Below, piece after piece: positions 28,242-39,123 of a DNA stretch of 64,000 bases. Under the pieces are notes generated by a model. That model did no database searches. It saw only the letters and a program-made list of their open reading frames with translations, and was not told the DNA's origin. Each line of letters opens with the position of its first letter. Positions within the stretch are counted from its first letter, which is position 1. The position numbers were made by a program, and so were the translations under genes. Where the stretch lies: contig CAZPQW010000009.1 of the NCBI GenBank assembly GCA_964588985.1, forward strand, positions 1-64,000, written 5' to 3'. The stretch comes from an uncultured Solirubrobacteraceae bacterium (lineage in GTDB: Bacteria > Actinomycetota > Thermoleophilia > Solirubrobacterales > Solirubrobacteraceae).

Positions 28242-31200
28242 CAGCGCGCCCTTCCGTGTCGTTTATTGCGAGGCCTGCGGCCTTTCTGGCGCTGCTTGGA
28301 GTCTTCCTTGAGCACGAGGTCCTCCGGCGTGAGATCCGCGGCGGGGTCGCGCTCCGGCTCCACGGGCGGCGCCTTCTTGGTGGCCGCCGCGGCTCCAGCT
28401 GCGCCGCTCGCCGAGCGGGCGCCGTTAGGCTTGCCCTCGACGTCGAGGTCACGCACCAGTTCCTGGAACTCTTCGCTGGAGATCTGCTGTCCGGGCTCCT
28501 CCGGTGCGATCAGGCTGCCGCGCCGTGTGCGCCTGCGCTTCTGCGTCGGTTCGACGTTTTCCTGCGCCCCGCTCGCGGTCACCGCGTATGCCGGCACCTG
28601 CCCCAGTTCGCCGAGAATGCGGGTGCGCCTGACGCGGTAGGTGCTCTCGCGCTCCTTCCAGTGGGTCAGCACCGGCGAGGCGATGAAGATCGAGGAGTAA
28701 GCGCCCGAGGCGATGCCGATCATCAGCGCGAACGCGAAGTCCTTCAGCGTTTCCCCGCCGAACAACAGCAGCGCGGTCACCGGCAGCAGCGTGCACAGGC
28801 TCGTCGCCAGGGACCGGGTCAGCACCTCGGACATTGAGCGGTTGACGATCTGGGAGAACGCCGCGCGCGGCATCCTCGGCACATTCTCGCGCACACGATC
28901 GAACACGATGATCGTGTCGTAGAGCGAATACCCGAGGATCGTCAGCAGAGCGGCGACAGTGGCCGTCGTGACTTCCCTCCCCGTGAGCGAGTAGACGCCG
29001 GCGGTGATCAACAGGTCGTGCATCAGCGCGATCAGCACCGGAACCGCGTACTTCCACTCGAACCTCAGCGCGATGTACGCGGAGATCACGAGCAGCGAGG
29101 CGATGATCGCGATGATCGCGCTCTTGGCGATCGTTTTCCCGAACGTCGGCCCGATCGAGCTGGAGGAGAAGTACGGCGTGCCGCTGTTCGACTTTCGGAT
29201 CCCGAATTTCGTGTCGAGCGCGGTTTCGACCTTCGTTACGCTCTCCGGCGCCACCTTGCGTGTTGAGATCTGGAAGCCGGAGCCGCCCACGCTCGCGTCT
29301 TTGATCTGCTGGACTTCGGCGTTATGGAAGCCGGCCGCGCTGAGCGCGTTGCCGATTTCGCTCGTGCTCGCCGGCTTCACGAACGACGCTTTGATACGCG
29401 TGCCGCCCTTGAAGTCCCTGCTGAAGTTCAGGCCGTTGCCGCCGATCGCGAGCGCGCCGATCAGCAGGATCGTGCCCGAGAAGGAGAAGAACCACTTCGA
29501 CGCCCCCATGAAGTCGAACGTCCAGCCGCGTCCGCGCCGCTCCGCCCCGAGCGCCGCGGGATGCGTGACGAGTTTCGAGCGCCCCATCGCGCCGAGCGCG
29601 GCCTGCGTGGCGAGCACGGCGGTGAACAGCGACACGAGCGTGCCGATGCCGAGCGTGAGGGCGAAGCCCTTGACTTCCGCGGTCGCGAGCGCGAACAGGA
29701 TGAACGCGGTCATGAACGTGACCACGTTCGCGTCCACGATCGCGGCGAAGCCGCGCTTGTAGCCGGTGGCGATGCCGGAGATGATCGATCTGCCGCCGCG
29801 GATCTCCTCCTTGACGCGCTCGAAGATCACGATGTTCGCGTCCGCCGCGACTCCGATCGTGAGGATCAGGCCGGCGATGCCCGGCAGCGTCAGCGTGACC
29901 GGGATGAGCTTGATCAGCGCGAAGAAGTAGGCGCCGTAGATGACCAGGCCGCCGACGGCGATCGCGCCGAGGACCCGGTAGAAGACCAGCAGGAACAGGC
30001 ACACCACGAGGAAACCCGCGAGACCGGCGACGAGGCCCTGGTTGAGTGCCTGTTTGCCGAGCGTCGCGGAGACCTGCGAGCGCGAGATCAGGGCGAGCTT
30101 GATCGGCAGCGCGCCGGATTGGAGCTCGTTGGCGAGGTTCTGCGCGGAGGTGATCGTGAAGCCGCCGGAGATCTGCGAGCCGGTGCTGGCGTCGATCCCT
30201 TCGGGGTACTTCGTGAAGTCGATCGACGGCGCGGTGATGATCTGGCCGTCGAGCGCGATCGCGAAGTGCTGCTGGGCGCCTTCCCTGCTCACGCCAGGGA
30301 GCTGCGCTTCCTGGCCGCGGTGGGAGATTTCCTTGGTGACCGTTTCGAAGACGCTCTTGCCGTGCGAGCTGAATTCGAACGTCACGTTGGGCTGGCCGCT
30401 GCCGCCGGCTCCTTCGTCGAAGCCCTGCCGCGGGTTCTTCACGTCGGAGCCGTTGAGCACCGGCTTGTCCCTGAGCACGTACCAGCTGTTGGGCGATTCG
30501 TTGATCACCTTCCCGGTTTTTTCGTTTTCGGTGGCGCGCGCCTGCACGACCACGGTCCCCGGGTTGACGCGTACCGCCTTCGGCTTGGAGCCCTTCGGCG
30601 GTTTGTAGCCGTCGGAGTAGAGGTTCTTTTCGGTTTCCTCGGGCGCGCAGGTCGGCTTACCGCCGTTGCACAGCATCTTTTCGTGGGCCGTGTCGAGCAG
30701 GTACCAGCTGCCGTAGATGCAGTCTTTGACCTGCTGCGGGGTGCAGCCCTTCGCCCAGGTCGTGTCGGTCGAGCGCAATTCCGGGGCGCGTTTGGCGGCG
30801 CGCAGGACCGCCTGGTACTCGAGCAGGCCGAAGTTCGCCGAGGCTGCCTGCGGTCCTCCGGTGACGGTCGTTTCCGTCGGCGCGGGTTCGCCGGTCGGGC
30901 CGATCACGTTCGGCTCCCAGTCGTAGAACTGCAGCTGCGCGGTCTTGCCGACCTCTTCCTGGGCGCGCGTGGCGTTGCTCACTTCCGGCAGCGCCACGTC
31001 GATTTCTTTTTCGCCCGAGCGCTGGATTTCCGGCTGCGCGACGCCGAGCTGGTCGACGCGCTTGCGCATGATGTCGATCGCGCGTTCCAGCGATTCCGTG
31101 TCCACCTTCGACTGGGCCGTGGGCTTGGCTTCGTAGACCAGTTCCACGCCGCCCTTCAGGTCCAGGCCGAGGCGCGTCTTCTTGCTCGCGACGGCCACGA

Positions 31201-31264
31201 CCGACCCGGCGATCAGCAGGGCGACGGTCAGCAGGACGAACAGGTTGCGGCGGCGGTCGGTCAT
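28241..31264 (-). CDS. secDF: Fused protein translocase subunit SecDF
   Basis: LGLDLKGG, IMRKRVDQLGVAQP, IGVAADANIVIFER, FSRDFKGG, GYSLYDTIIVFDRVRE. Confidence 0.96.
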   Translation of the reverse strand: MTDRRRNLFVLLTVALLIAGSVVAVASKKTRLGLDLKGGVELVYEAKPTAQSKVDTESLERAIDIMRKRVDQLGVAQPEIQRSGEKEIDVALPEVSNATRAQEEVGKTAQLQFYDWEPNVIGPTGEPAPTETTVTGGPQAASANFGLLEYQAVLRAAKRAPELRSTDTTWAKGCTPQQVKDCIYGSWYLLDTAHEKMLCNGGKPTCAPEETEKNLYSDGYKPPKGSKPKAVRVNPGTVVVQARATENEKTGKVINESPNSWYVLRDKPVLNGSDVKNPRQGFDEGAGGSGQPNVTFEFSSHGKSVFETVTKEISHRGQEAQLPGVSREGAQQHFAIALDGQIITAPSIDFTKYPEGIDASTGSQISGGFTITSAQNLANELQSGALPIKLALISRSQVSATLGKQALNQGLVAGLAGFLVVCLFLLVFYRVLGAIAVGGLVIYGAYFFALIKLIPVTLTLPGIAGLILTIGVAADANIVIFERVKEEIRGGRSIISGIATGYKRGFAAIVDANVVTFMTAFILFALATAEVKGFALTLGIGTLVSLFTAVLATQAALGAMGRSKLVTHPAALGAERRGRGWTFDFMGASKWFFSFSGTILLIGALAIGGNGLNFSRDFKGGTRIKASFVKPASTSEIGNALSAAGFHNAEVQQIKDASVGGSGFQISTRKVAPESVTKVETALDTKFGIRKSNSGTPYFSSSSIGPTFGKTIAKSAIIAIIASLLVISAYIALRFEWKYAVPVLIALMHDLLITAGVYSLTGREVTTATVAALLTILGYSLYDTIIVFDRVRENVPRMPRAAFSQIVNRSMSEVLTRSLATSLCTLLPVTALLLFGGETLKDFAFALMIGIASGAYSSIFIASPVLTHWKERESTYRVRRTRILGELGQVPAYAVTASGAQENVEPTQKRRRTRRGSLIAPEEPGQQISSEEFQELVRDLDVEGKPNGARSASGAAGAAAATKKAPPVEPERDPAADLTPEDLVLKEDSKQRQKGRRPRNKRHGRAR

Positions 31265-31276
31265 CTAATGCTCAGA

Positions 31277-31726
31277 CTACTTGTCGGGCGTGAGGACAAG
31301 CAAGAGCCCGCCGTCGTCGTCATACGCCGGGAACATGTCCGCTTTCGCGTTGGCCGCCACGTCGCGTTCGCCGCTGACGCGGACCGGCACCTCGAGCGCG
31401 CGCACTCCCCACTCGAGCACCGTGGCCACGGGATCGTCGCCGCTGGAGAAGTCCAGCCCGAGGACCTCCTCGACGCGCTGGCCGATCACCGCTTCCTCCT
31501 CCAGGCCCGTGAACGCGAACGAGTTCTTCCCGCAACCGATCACACGGCCCTCGCCGTCGCACACGAAGAACGCAGCATCCGGCGCGGGATAGTAGTCGTC
31601 GAGCAGTTCGAACAGGAACGCGAAGCCGCACTTCGTGCAGCCCTTGCGCTGACGCGTGAAGCCGAGATTGGCGTCCAGCTCGGTTGTGCGGTGACCACAG
31701 TTGGGGCAGATGAATGGATGAGCCAT
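31277..31726 (-). CDS. Zn-ribbon + PAS-like domain protein
   Basis: CPNCG...CTKCG followed by PAS-like AFFVCDGEGRVIG...AFTGLEEEAVIG. Confidence 0.8.
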   Translation of the reverse strand: MAHPFICPNCGHRTTELDANLGFTRQRKGCTKCGFAFLFELLDDYYPAPDAAFFVCDGEGRVIGCGKNSFAFTGLEEEAVIGQRVEEVLGLDFSSGDDPVATVLEWGVRALEVPVRVSGERDVAANAKADMFPAYDDDGGLLLVLTPDK

Positions 31727-31805
31727 CGTGGGCACACAGACTACGCAAGCCGGAGCACGGAGGCTCCCGCATGCGCCGGCACGTCGATCGCCCCCGCCGC
31801 AGGGC

Positions 31806-32831
31806 TCAAAACAACACCTGTCCGGCGCTCGCCACGGGCTCCAGACCGAGGTGCTCGAAGGCCGCGGGCGTGGCCGCGCGCCCACGCGGGGTGCGCTTGA
31901 TGAACCCCTCCTGCAGCAGATACGGCTCGTAGACGTCCTCGATCGTGTCCTGCTCCTCGCCCACCGCTACCGCGAGCGTGGAGAGACCCACGGGGCCGCC
32001 GCCGAACTTCGTGCAGATCACGTCGAGAATCCTGCGGTCGAGCCGATCGAGTCCCCGTTCGTCAACCTCAAGCATGTCCAGTGCGGCCTGCGCGGCCTCC
32101 GCGGTGACCACCCCCTGCATGCGCACCTCAGCGAAGTCGCGCACGCGCTTGAGCAGCCGGTTGGCCACCCGCGGCGTGCCGCGGCTGCGCGCGGCGATCG
32201 CGAGCGCGCCGTCCTCCTGCAGCTCGATGTCGAGGATGCCAGCGGAGCGGCGCACGATGATCGCCAGCTCCTCCACGCCATATGGCTCCAGGCGCGCCTG
32301 GATGCCGAAGCGGTCGCGCAATGGGGTCGTCAACAGGCCAGTCCGGGTGGTCGCCCCCACGAGCGTGAACGGCGGCAGCTCGAGCGTCACGACGCGCGCG
32401 CCGGCCCCCTGTCCGACCGTGATCGGCAGCCGGTGATCCTCCATCGCGGGGTAGAAGGTCTCCTCGAGCGTCCGCGGCAGGCGGTGGATCTCGTCCACGA
32501 AGAACACGCTGCGGGGCTCGAGGGCAGTCAGAAACGCGGCGATGTCTCCCTTGCGCTCGAGCGCGGGCCCGGCGGTCTGCACGAACGGCACTTCGAGCTC
32601 CGCCGCGACGATCTGCGCGAGCGATGTCTTGCCGAGCCCGGGCGGCCCGGCGAGCAGCAGGTGGTCGAGCGCCTCGCCGCGGGCGCTGCACGCCTCGATC
32701 GCGACCGACAGCTGCTGGCGCAGCGTCTCCTGCCCCACGAACTCCTCGAGCCGCTTCGGCCTAAGCGAGCGATCGAGCTCGTCCTCGGGCACGAGGTAAG
32801 GGGTCTGGATACGGGCCGCGATCTCGGTCAT
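31806..32831 (-). CDS. ruvB: Holliday junction helicase RuvB
   Basis: [43 protein letters not shown]...TPRGR. Confidence 0.98.
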   Translation of the reverse strand: MTEIAARIQTPYLVPEDELDRSLRPKRLEEFVGQETLRQQLSVAIEACSARGEALDHLLLAGPPGLGKTSLAQIVAAELEVPFVQTAGPALERKGDIAAFLTALEPRSVFFVDEIHRLPRTLEETFYPAMEDHRLPITVGQGAGARVVTLELPPFTLVGATTRTGLLTTPLRDRFGIQARLEPYGVEELAIIVRRSAGILDIELQEDGALAIAARSRGTPRVANRLLKRVRDFAEVRMQGVVTAEAAQAALDMLEVDERGLDRLDRRILDVICTKFGGGPVGLSTLAVAVGEEQDTIEDVYEPYLLQEGFIKRTPRGRAATPAAFEHLGLEPVASAGQVLF

Positions 32832-32835
32832 GGCC

Positions 32836-33441
32836 TCACGATGCCCGCGCCGCGCGCAGCGCGTGGCTGATCAGATCCTCGGCGCTCTCGCCCTGCGCGT
32901 CGCGCAGTAGCTCCTCTGCCTCGCCGAGCGCGTAGCCGAGCTCGAGCAGCCCTTCGCGCGCAAGCATCCGCGGGTCCGGCGCTGCGCCGCGACGCGCCAC
33001 GATCGGCACGCGGCCTGATTCGGGCCCGCCCCCCGCCTCGACGCCGACCTTCTCGCGCAGCTCCACGATGATCCGTTCCGCCGTGCGCTTGCCGATCCCC
33101 GGGACCGCCTGGAAACGCGCCGCATCGCCGGCCGCGAGCGCCCCGATCAGCTCGCGCGGAGGTCCGGCGGAGAGCACCGCGAGCGCCACCTTCGGGCCGA
33201 CCGCCTGTACGGAGAGCAGCATCAGGAACAGGTCGCGCTCCTGCTCGGAGTGAAATCCGAAGAGGGCAAGCGCGTCGTCGCGCACGATCAGATGCGCGTG
33301 CAGCGTCACCTCCTCGCCGACCGGAGGCACGTGGCGCAGCGTCTCCGCCGACACCGCCGCGCGGTAACCGACAGCTCCGCACAGCACCACCACGTGGTCA
33401 CCTCGACGAACAGCCACCTCTCCGCGCAGCAGCGAGATCAC
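32836..33441 (-). CDS. ruvA: Holliday junction binding protein RuvA
   Basis: [33 protein letters not shown]. Confidence 0.96.
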   Translation of the reverse strand: MISLLRGEVAVRRGDHVVVLCGAVGYRAAVSAETLRHVPPVGEEVTLHAHLIVRDDALALFGFHSEQERDLFLMLLSVQAVGPKVALAVLSAGPPRELIGALAAGDAARFQAVPGIGKRTAERIIVELREKVGVEAGGGPESGRVPIVARRGAAPDPRMLAREGLLELGYALGEAEELLRDAQGESAEDLISHALRAARAS

Positions 33442-33938
33442 GCGCTCGCCTCCGCGAGGGCCATCGCCAGCGGCGCGCAGTTGGCGTGGCACACCGCGAC
33501 CGCGAGCGCGTCCGCGGCGTGGTCGGGGCGCGGCTCCTCAACCAGGCCGAGCAGCGTCTTGACCATCCGCGCCACCTGGTCCTTCTCCGCGCGGCCGCTG
33601 CCGCACACCGCGCCCTTGACCTGCTGCGGGGTGTAGCTGGAGCATGGCACGCCGCGCTGGCCGGCCGCGAGCATCACCACGCCCCGCGCCTGCCCGACCG
33701 CGAACGCGGTGCGCACGTTCTGGCCGAAGTACAGCTCCTCGAGCGCGACCGCGTCGGGCTGGTGCTCAGCGAGCAGCGCCTCGATGCCGGCGTGGATGTC
33801 CGCGAGGCGGCGCTCGTGCGCGACGCCCGCGCGCGTCTGGATCACGCCGCCGTCGAGCGCGACCAGGCGCCCGCCGCGACGCTCCACCACGCCGTAGCCG
33901 GTGTTGGCCAATCCGGGATCTATGCCGAGGACGATCAC
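33438..33938 (-). CDS. ruvC: Holliday junction resolvase RuvC
   Basis: GIDPG, EELYF, GQARG, YTPQQVK, DHAADALA. Confidence 0.97.
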   Translation of the reverse strand: MIVLGIDPGLANTGYGVVERRGGRLVALDGGVIQTRAGVAHERRLADIHAGIEALLAEHQPDAVALEELYFGQNVRTAFAVGQARGVVMLAAGQRGVPCSSYTPQQVKGAVCGSGRAEKDQVARMVKTLLGLVEEPRPDHAADALAVAVCHANCAPLAMALAEASA

Positions 33939-33994
33939 GAGGATGTGATTCTGCGCTCGCCGTCGGACGCCTGCCTGCCTTAGGCTGGCGCGAC

Positions 33995-35113
33995 ATGGAC
34001 GCCGAGCACATCGACTTCGCCGCGGCGGGCCTGCTCGACGGGCTGGAGGGCGAGGAGCGCTCGGAGCGCCTCACACTGCTGCGAAACCTCGCAGCAGAGG
34101 GCGTGGCGCTGGAGGAGCTGCGCCGCTCGACCGTCAACGGGACGCTGCTGTTCCTGCCCGCCGACCGGCTGATCGTCGGCGGCGAGCGCTACACCGCGCC
34201 GACCGTCTCGCGGATCAGCGGCGTGGATCTGGAGTTCCTCGTCGCGGCGCGGCGCGCGATGGGACTGCCGATCCCCGAGCCCGACGAGGCGGTCTACACA
34301 GACGCGGATCTCGAATCGGCGCGCATGATCCACATCACGCGCGACGCGGGGCTACCCGACGAGGACATCCTCGAGCTGCTGCGCGTCCTCGGCCGCGGGC
34401 TCTCGCAGGCCGCGGAGACGATGCGCGCTCTCCCTCTAAAAATCGTTATCCAGCCCGGGATCAGCGAGCACGACCTGGCCGACAGCTACGCGGCGGCCAC
34501 CGAACGGCTCTACCCGCTCGTCGACCCGTTGCTGCGCAACCTGCTGATCCTGCACCTGCGCCAGGCGACGCAGGGCGAGGTTGTGAGCGCGGTGGAGCGC
34601 AGCGGCGGCGACCTTCCCGGCTCGCGCGAGGTGGCCGTGTGCTTCGCGGATCTCGTCGGCTTCACCCGCCTCGGCGAGGAAGTCCCGCCGGATGAGCTGG
34701 GGCGACTCGCGGCGCGCCTGGAAGCGCTCGCCACCGATGTCACCAAGCCTCCGGTGCGGCTCGTGAAGACGATCGGCGACGCGGCGATGCTCGCCTCGGT
34801 GGAGGCCGGACCGCTGCTCGACTCGGCGCTCGAGCTGATCGACGCGGCCGACGCCGAGGGCAACGACTTCCCCCAGCTGCGGGCGGGCGCCGCGCTGGGC
34901 CTCGCGGTGCCGCGCTCCGGGGACTGGTTCGGCAGGCCCGTCAACCTCGCCAGCCGCATCACCTCGCTCGCCCGTCCCGGCAGCCTGCTCGCCGAGCGCG
35001 AGGTGCGCGAGGCGGCGCGCGAGAGCCACAGCTGGTCGTTCGCGGGCGAGCGGCGGCTGCGCGGGGTGCGCGAACCAGTCTCGCTGTTCAGAGCGAGGCG
35101 CCTACCAGCCTGA
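33995..35113 (+). CDS. Class III adenylate cyclase with N-terminal regulatory domain (Rv1264-like)
   Basis: FADLVGFT, VKTIGDA, DWFGRPVNLASR; N-terminal GLLDGLEG..R...L. Confidence 0.9.
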   Translation: MDAEHIDFAAAGLLDGLEGEERSERLTLLRNLAAEGVALEELRRSTVNGTLLFLPADRLIVGGERYTAPTVSRISGVDLEFLVAARRAMGLPIPEPDEAVYTDADLESARMIHITRDAGLPDEDILELLRVLGRGLSQAAETMRALPLKIVIQPGISEHDLADSYAAATERLYPLVDPLLRNLLILHLRQATQGEVVSAVERSGGDLPGSREVAVCFADLVGFTRLGEEVPPDELGRLAARLEALATDVTKPPVRLVKTIGDAAMLASVEAGPLLDSALELIDAADAEGNDFPQLRAGAALGLAVPRSGDWFGRPVNLASRITSLARPGSLLAEREVREAARESHSWSFAGERRLRGVREPVSLFRARRLPA

Positions 35114-35834
35114 ACCAGGGCGCATCGCCAGAGGCCCACAGGTCGTTGAGCGCGACCGCATCCTTGTAGGTGTCCATGCACTCCCAGAAGCCCTCGTGGC
35201 GATGGGCGCGCAGCTGCTCCTCGGATGCCAGGCGCTCCAGCGGCGCACGCTCGAGAATGCTGTCCGGCTGCAGGTAGTCGAGCACGGGCGCCTGGAAGCA
35301 GAAGAAGCCGCCGTTGATCCAGTGCTCCGAGCGCGGCTTCTCGCGAAACCCGCGCACGCGGCCGTCGGGCTCGAGCTCGGTCACGCCGAACTGCAGCTCC
35401 GGGCGCACCACCGTCATGCTCGCAAGCGCCCCGTGGCCGGAGTGGAAGTCCAGAAGAGCCTGCAGGTCGATGTCGGCTACGCCGTCGGCGTAGGTCGCGC
35501 AGAAGGACTCCTCGCCCGCGAGCGCGCCCTCGAGCGCCTTGATCCTCCCCCCCGTCTGTGTCTCCAGGCCAGTGTCGACGCACTCCACGCTCACGCCGCC
35601 GGGCCACTCGTGCGTGGCGACGAACTCCTCGATCAGCTCGCCCTTGTAGCCGGTCGCGAGCAGGAAGCGCGTGAAGCCCTGGACGGCGTAGAGCTGGATC
35701 ACGTGCCACACGATCGGCATGCCGCCGATCTCCACGAGCGGCTTGGGGATCGCCTGGGTGTGCTCCTGCAGGCGCGTCCCCCTGCCCCCGCAGAGGATCA
35801 CGACCGGAGGCCTCGTGACCGCGCTATCGCTCAA
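35088..35834 (-). CDS. Glucose-1-phosphate cytidylyltransferase-like sugar nucleotidyltransferase
   Basis: LCGGRGTRL, PKPLVEIGG, DTGLETQTGGR, TYADG, INGGFF, FWECMDT. Confidence 0.88.
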   Translation of the reverse strand: MSDSAVTRPPVVILCGGRGTRLQEHTQAIPKPLVEIGGMPIVWHVIQLYAVQGFTRFLLATGYKGELIEEFVATHEWPGGVSVECVDTGLETQTGGRIKALEGALAGEESFCATYADGVADIDLQALLDFHSGHGALASMTVVRPELQFGVTELEPDGRVRGFREKPRSEHWINGGFFCFQAPVLDYLQPDSILERAPLERLASEEQLRAHRHEGFWECMDTYKDAVALNDLWASGDAPWFRLVGASL

Positions 35835-35838
35835 CGGT

Positions 35839-36588
35839 CTAGCCCGCGACGCGTTCGAGCACGTCGGTGGAGACGTCGAAGTTCGCATGCACCGCGCTGA
35901 CGTCGTCGTTGTCCTCGAGCGCTTCGATCAGCTTCATCAGCTTGCCCGCCTGCGCCTCGTCGACCGGCACGACGCTCGAGGGCCGGTAGGCGAGCTCGGC
36001 GCTCTGCATCTCCACGCCGGCCTCCTCGAGCGCCCTGCGCACCTGCATGAAGTCGGTCGGCTCGGTGATCACCTCGAAGATGTCTTCGTCGGTCGAGATG
36101 TCCTCCGCGCCCGCCTCCACCGCCGCCATCAGGTCATCTTCGGAGTAGCGCTCGGAGTCGACGACGATCGTTCCCTTCTTGTCGAACAGGTAGGCCACCG
36201 AGCCGGGCTCCCCGAGGTTGCCGCCGTTCTTGGAGAACGCGTGCCTGACGTCCGCGCTGGTGCGGTTGCGATTGTCGGTCAGCGCCTCCACCAGCAGCGC
36301 CACCCCACCGGGGCCGTAGCCCTCGTAGAGGACGCTTTCGATCGCGTCCGCCTCGCCGCCCTCTCCAGTGCCCTTGGCGATCGCGCGCTCGATGTTGTCC
36401 TTCGGCATCGATGCTTCCTTGGCCTTGCGGATCGCGAGATCCAGAGACGGGTTGCCCACCGGGTCGCCGCCGCCGTCGCGCGCCGCGACCGTGATCGCGC
36501 GCGTGAGCTTCGAGAACGCCGCGCCGCGGCGCGAGTCCACGATCGCCTTCTTGTGCTTGATGCTCGCCCACTTGGAATGCCCTGACAT
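35839..36588 (-). CDS. yebC: YebC/PmpR family protein
   Basis: MSGHSKWASIKHKK, YEGYGPGG, TDNRNRT. Confidence 0.97.
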   Translation of the reverse strand: MSGHSKWASIKHKKAIVDSRRGAAFSKLTRAITVAARDGGGDPVGNPSLDLAIRKAKEASMPKDNIERAIAKGTGEGGEADAIESVLYEGYGPGGVALLVEALTDNRNRTSADVRHAFSKNGGNLGEPGSVAYLFDKKGTIVVDSERYSEDDLMAAVEAGAEDISTDEDIFEVITEPTDFMQVRRALEEAGVEMQSAELAYRPSSVVPVDEAQAGKLMKLIEALEDNDDVSAVHANFDVSTDVLERVAG

Positions 36589-36673
36589 GCACGCAAGTCT
36601 ACGAACCCGCCGCGCGGGAGGGCGCTCGACGGCGCCTGGACCGAGTCAGCGCGCCGGTAGGATGCTCGGGCGC

Positions 36674-38089
36674 ATGACCCCCACTCTCTCCACCGAGATC
36701 TTCAAGGCGTACGACATCCGCGGCCTCTACGGCGAGCAGATCGACGGCGATGTCGCCGAGCTGATCGGCCGCGCGTTCGCGCGCGTGCTCTCCCAGCTCG
36801 CCGGCAAGCCCGTGGAGGAGCTGCGCATCGGGCTGGGACGCGACATGCGCCTGAGCGCGCCGGAGCTCGCCGCACGCTACCGCGCGGGCATGCTCTCCGA
36901 AGGCCTGCGCGTGATCGACGCCGGGCAGGTCGGCAGCGAGATGCTGTATTTCCTCGTCGGCTCGCGCGAGCTGGACGGCGGGCTGATGTGCACCGCCTCG
37001 CACAACCCCAAGGCCTACACCGGCGCGAAGCTCGTGCGCGAGGGCGCGATCGCGCTGTCGGGCGACTCCGGCATCCAGGACATCCGCCGCGAGGTCGAAG
37101 CCGAGCTGGCCGACGGCGGCACGCGCGCGGGCGGAGAGCCGACCGGCACCGTCGAGGAAGTCGACCTCTACTCCGAGTTCCAGGAGGCGGCGCTGCGGTT
37201 CGTCGATCCGGACGCGATCCGCGCGGGCAGCGGCGAGCGCAAGCTGAAGGTGGTGCTCGACGGCGGCAACGGCATGGCCGGCCCGATGGTGGGTCCGCTG
37301 CTCGAGCGCCTAGGCCTCGACCTGATCGCGACCTACTGGACCCCGGACGGCAACTTCCCCGACCACGAGCCCAACCCGCTGCTGCCCGAGAACCGCGAGT
37401 TCATCATCGAGAAGGTTCGCTCGAGCGGCGCGGACCTGGGGATCGCGTGGGACGGAGACGCGGACCGCTGCTTCTTCATCGACGACACCGGCGAGTTCGT
37501 CGACGGCGACTTCCTCACCGCGCTGCTCGCCGACTCGCTGCTGCGCAAAAACCCCGGCGAAGCGATCCTGTACGACGTGCGCGCGTCGCGCGCCGTCGCG
37601 GACACAGTCACCGCCGCGGGCGGCACGCCGTACGTGAACCGCGTGGGGCACGCGTTCTTCAAGACGCGCATGCGCAAGGAGGGCTCGCTGTTCGGCGGCG
37701 AGGTCTCCGGGCACTACTACTTCCGCGACTTCTACTGCGCGGACTCAGGAACGATCCCCGCGCTGCTCGTGCTGGAGCTGCTCGCCCGAGAGGGCAAGAA
37801 GCTGTCCGAGCTGCTCGCCGCCTTTCGTGGGCGCTACTTCATCTCCGGCGAGGTCAACTCAGAGGTGGCGGACCCGCTGGCGAAGATGGAGGAGATCGCC
37901 GCGACCTACTCCGACGCTCGCCAGGACCGCCTCGATGGGATCTCGATCGACTACGACGACTGGCACTTCAACGTGCGCCCCTCCAACACCGAGCCGCTGC
38001 TGCGCCTGTGTCTCGAGTCGCTCGTCTCGCACGAGGACATGGAGCGCCGCCGCGACGAGGTGCTTGCGTTGATCCGATCCGACTCGTGA
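36674..38089 (+). CDS. Phosphomannomutase/phosphoglucomutase
   Basis: FKAYDIRG, TASHNP, DGDADR, GEVSGHYY, RPSNTEP. Confidence 0.95.
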   Translation: MTPTLSTEIFKAYDIRGLYGEQIDGDVAELIGRAFARVLSQLAGKPVEELRIGLGRDMRLSAPELAARYRAGMLSEGLRVIDAGQVGSEMLYFLVGSRELDGGLMCTASHNPKAYTGAKLVREGAIALSGDSGIQDIRREVEAELADGGTRAGGEPTGTVEEVDLYSEFQEAALRFVDPDAIRAGSGERKLKVVLDGGNGMAGPMVGPLLERLGLDLIATYWTPDGNFPDHEPNPLLPENREFIIEKVRSSGADLGIAWDGDADRCFFIDDTGEFVDGDFLTALLADSLLRKNPGEAILYDVRASRAVADTVTAAGGTPYVNRVGHAFFKTRMRKEGSLFGGEVSGHYYFRDFYCADSGTIPALLVLELLAREGKKLSELLAAFRGRYFISGEVNSEVADPLAKMEEIAATYSDARQDRLDGISIDYDDWHFNVRPSNTEPLLRLCLESLVSHEDMERRRDEVLALIRSDS

Positions 38090-39123
38090 GCGCAGACGAT
38101 GAGGCCGAGCGCAACGCGCTCGCGGTAGCCGCGGACGCCGGCATCCACCGGCTGGCGATCCCCACACCGTTCATGGTCGGCCGCGTGAACGCGTACCTGA
38201 TCGAGGACGACCCGCTCACACTCGTCGACTCGGGGCCCAACTCGGCGAAGGCGCTCGACGAGCTCGAGCAGGAACTGAACGCGCGCGGGCACGCGGTCGA
38301 GGACATCGAGCTGCTGGTGATCAGCCATCAGCACATGGACCACTTCGGGCTCGCGTCGATCCTCGCGCGGCGCTCCGGCGCGGAGGTCGCCGCGCTGGCG
38401 CCGCTCGCGCCGTTCCTCGCCGCCTACGGCGCGCAGACCGACCTCGACGACAGCCTCGCGGAGATCCTGATGCTGCGCCACGGCATCCCCGCCGAAATCG
38501 TGACCGCCCTGCGAGCGGTGTCGGCAGGCTTCCGCGCCTGGGGGTCGGCTGTGGAGGTGACGCGACCGCTCGCGGCGGACTCCGAGCTGAAGCTGCGCGA
38601 CCGCACGCTGCGCATCCTTCATCGCCCCGGGCACAGCCCCTCCGACACGATCTTCCACGACGCCGAGCGTTCCATCCTGCTCGCGGCCGACCACCTGATC
38701 GCCCACATCTCGTCGAACCCGCTGCTAGCGCGACCGCTCGACGCCGGCGAGGAGTACCTCGACCGGGCGAGAGCCGGCGAGCGCCCGCAGGCGCTCGTCA
38801 CCTACATGGCCTCGCTCGAACAGACGCGAGCGATGGAGCTGGATCTGGTGCTCCCCGGCCACGGGCGCCCGATCGCCGACCACGCGGCGCTGATCGACGA
38901 GCGTTTCCGTCTGCACGCCCGGCGCGCGGAGAAGATCCACCGGCTGATCGCCGAGCAGCCCCGCAGCGCGCACGAGATCGCACAGGAGCTGTGGGGAAAC
39001 GTCGCCGTCACGCAGGCCTACCTCACGCTTTCGGAGGTGCTGGGACATGTGGATTTGCTGCTGAACGACGGGCGCGTGGTCGAGGTCGAGGACGAGGGCG
39101 TGGTGCGGTTTCGGGCGGTGTAA
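38086..39123 (+). CDS. MBL-fold metallo-hydrolase with C-terminal winged helix
   Basis: SHQHMDHFG, PGHS, LPGHG; GTGA overlap with the upstream gene. Confidence 0.9.
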   Translation: MSADDEAERNALAVAADAGIHRLAIPTPFMVGRVNAYLIEDDPLTLVDSGPNSAKALDELEQELNARGHAVEDIELLVISHQHMDHFGLASILARRSGAEVAALAPLAPFLAAYGAQTDLDDSLAEILMLRHGIPAEIVTALRAVSAGFRAWGSAVEVTRPLAADSELKLRDRTLRILHRPGHSPSDTIFHDAERSILLAADHLIAHISSNPLLARPLDAGEEYLDRARAGERPQALVTYMASLEQTRAMELDLVLPGHGRPIADHAALIDERFRLHARRAEKIHRLIAEQPRSAHEIAQELWGNVAVTQAYLTLSEVLGHVDLLLNDGRVVEVEDEGVVRFRAV

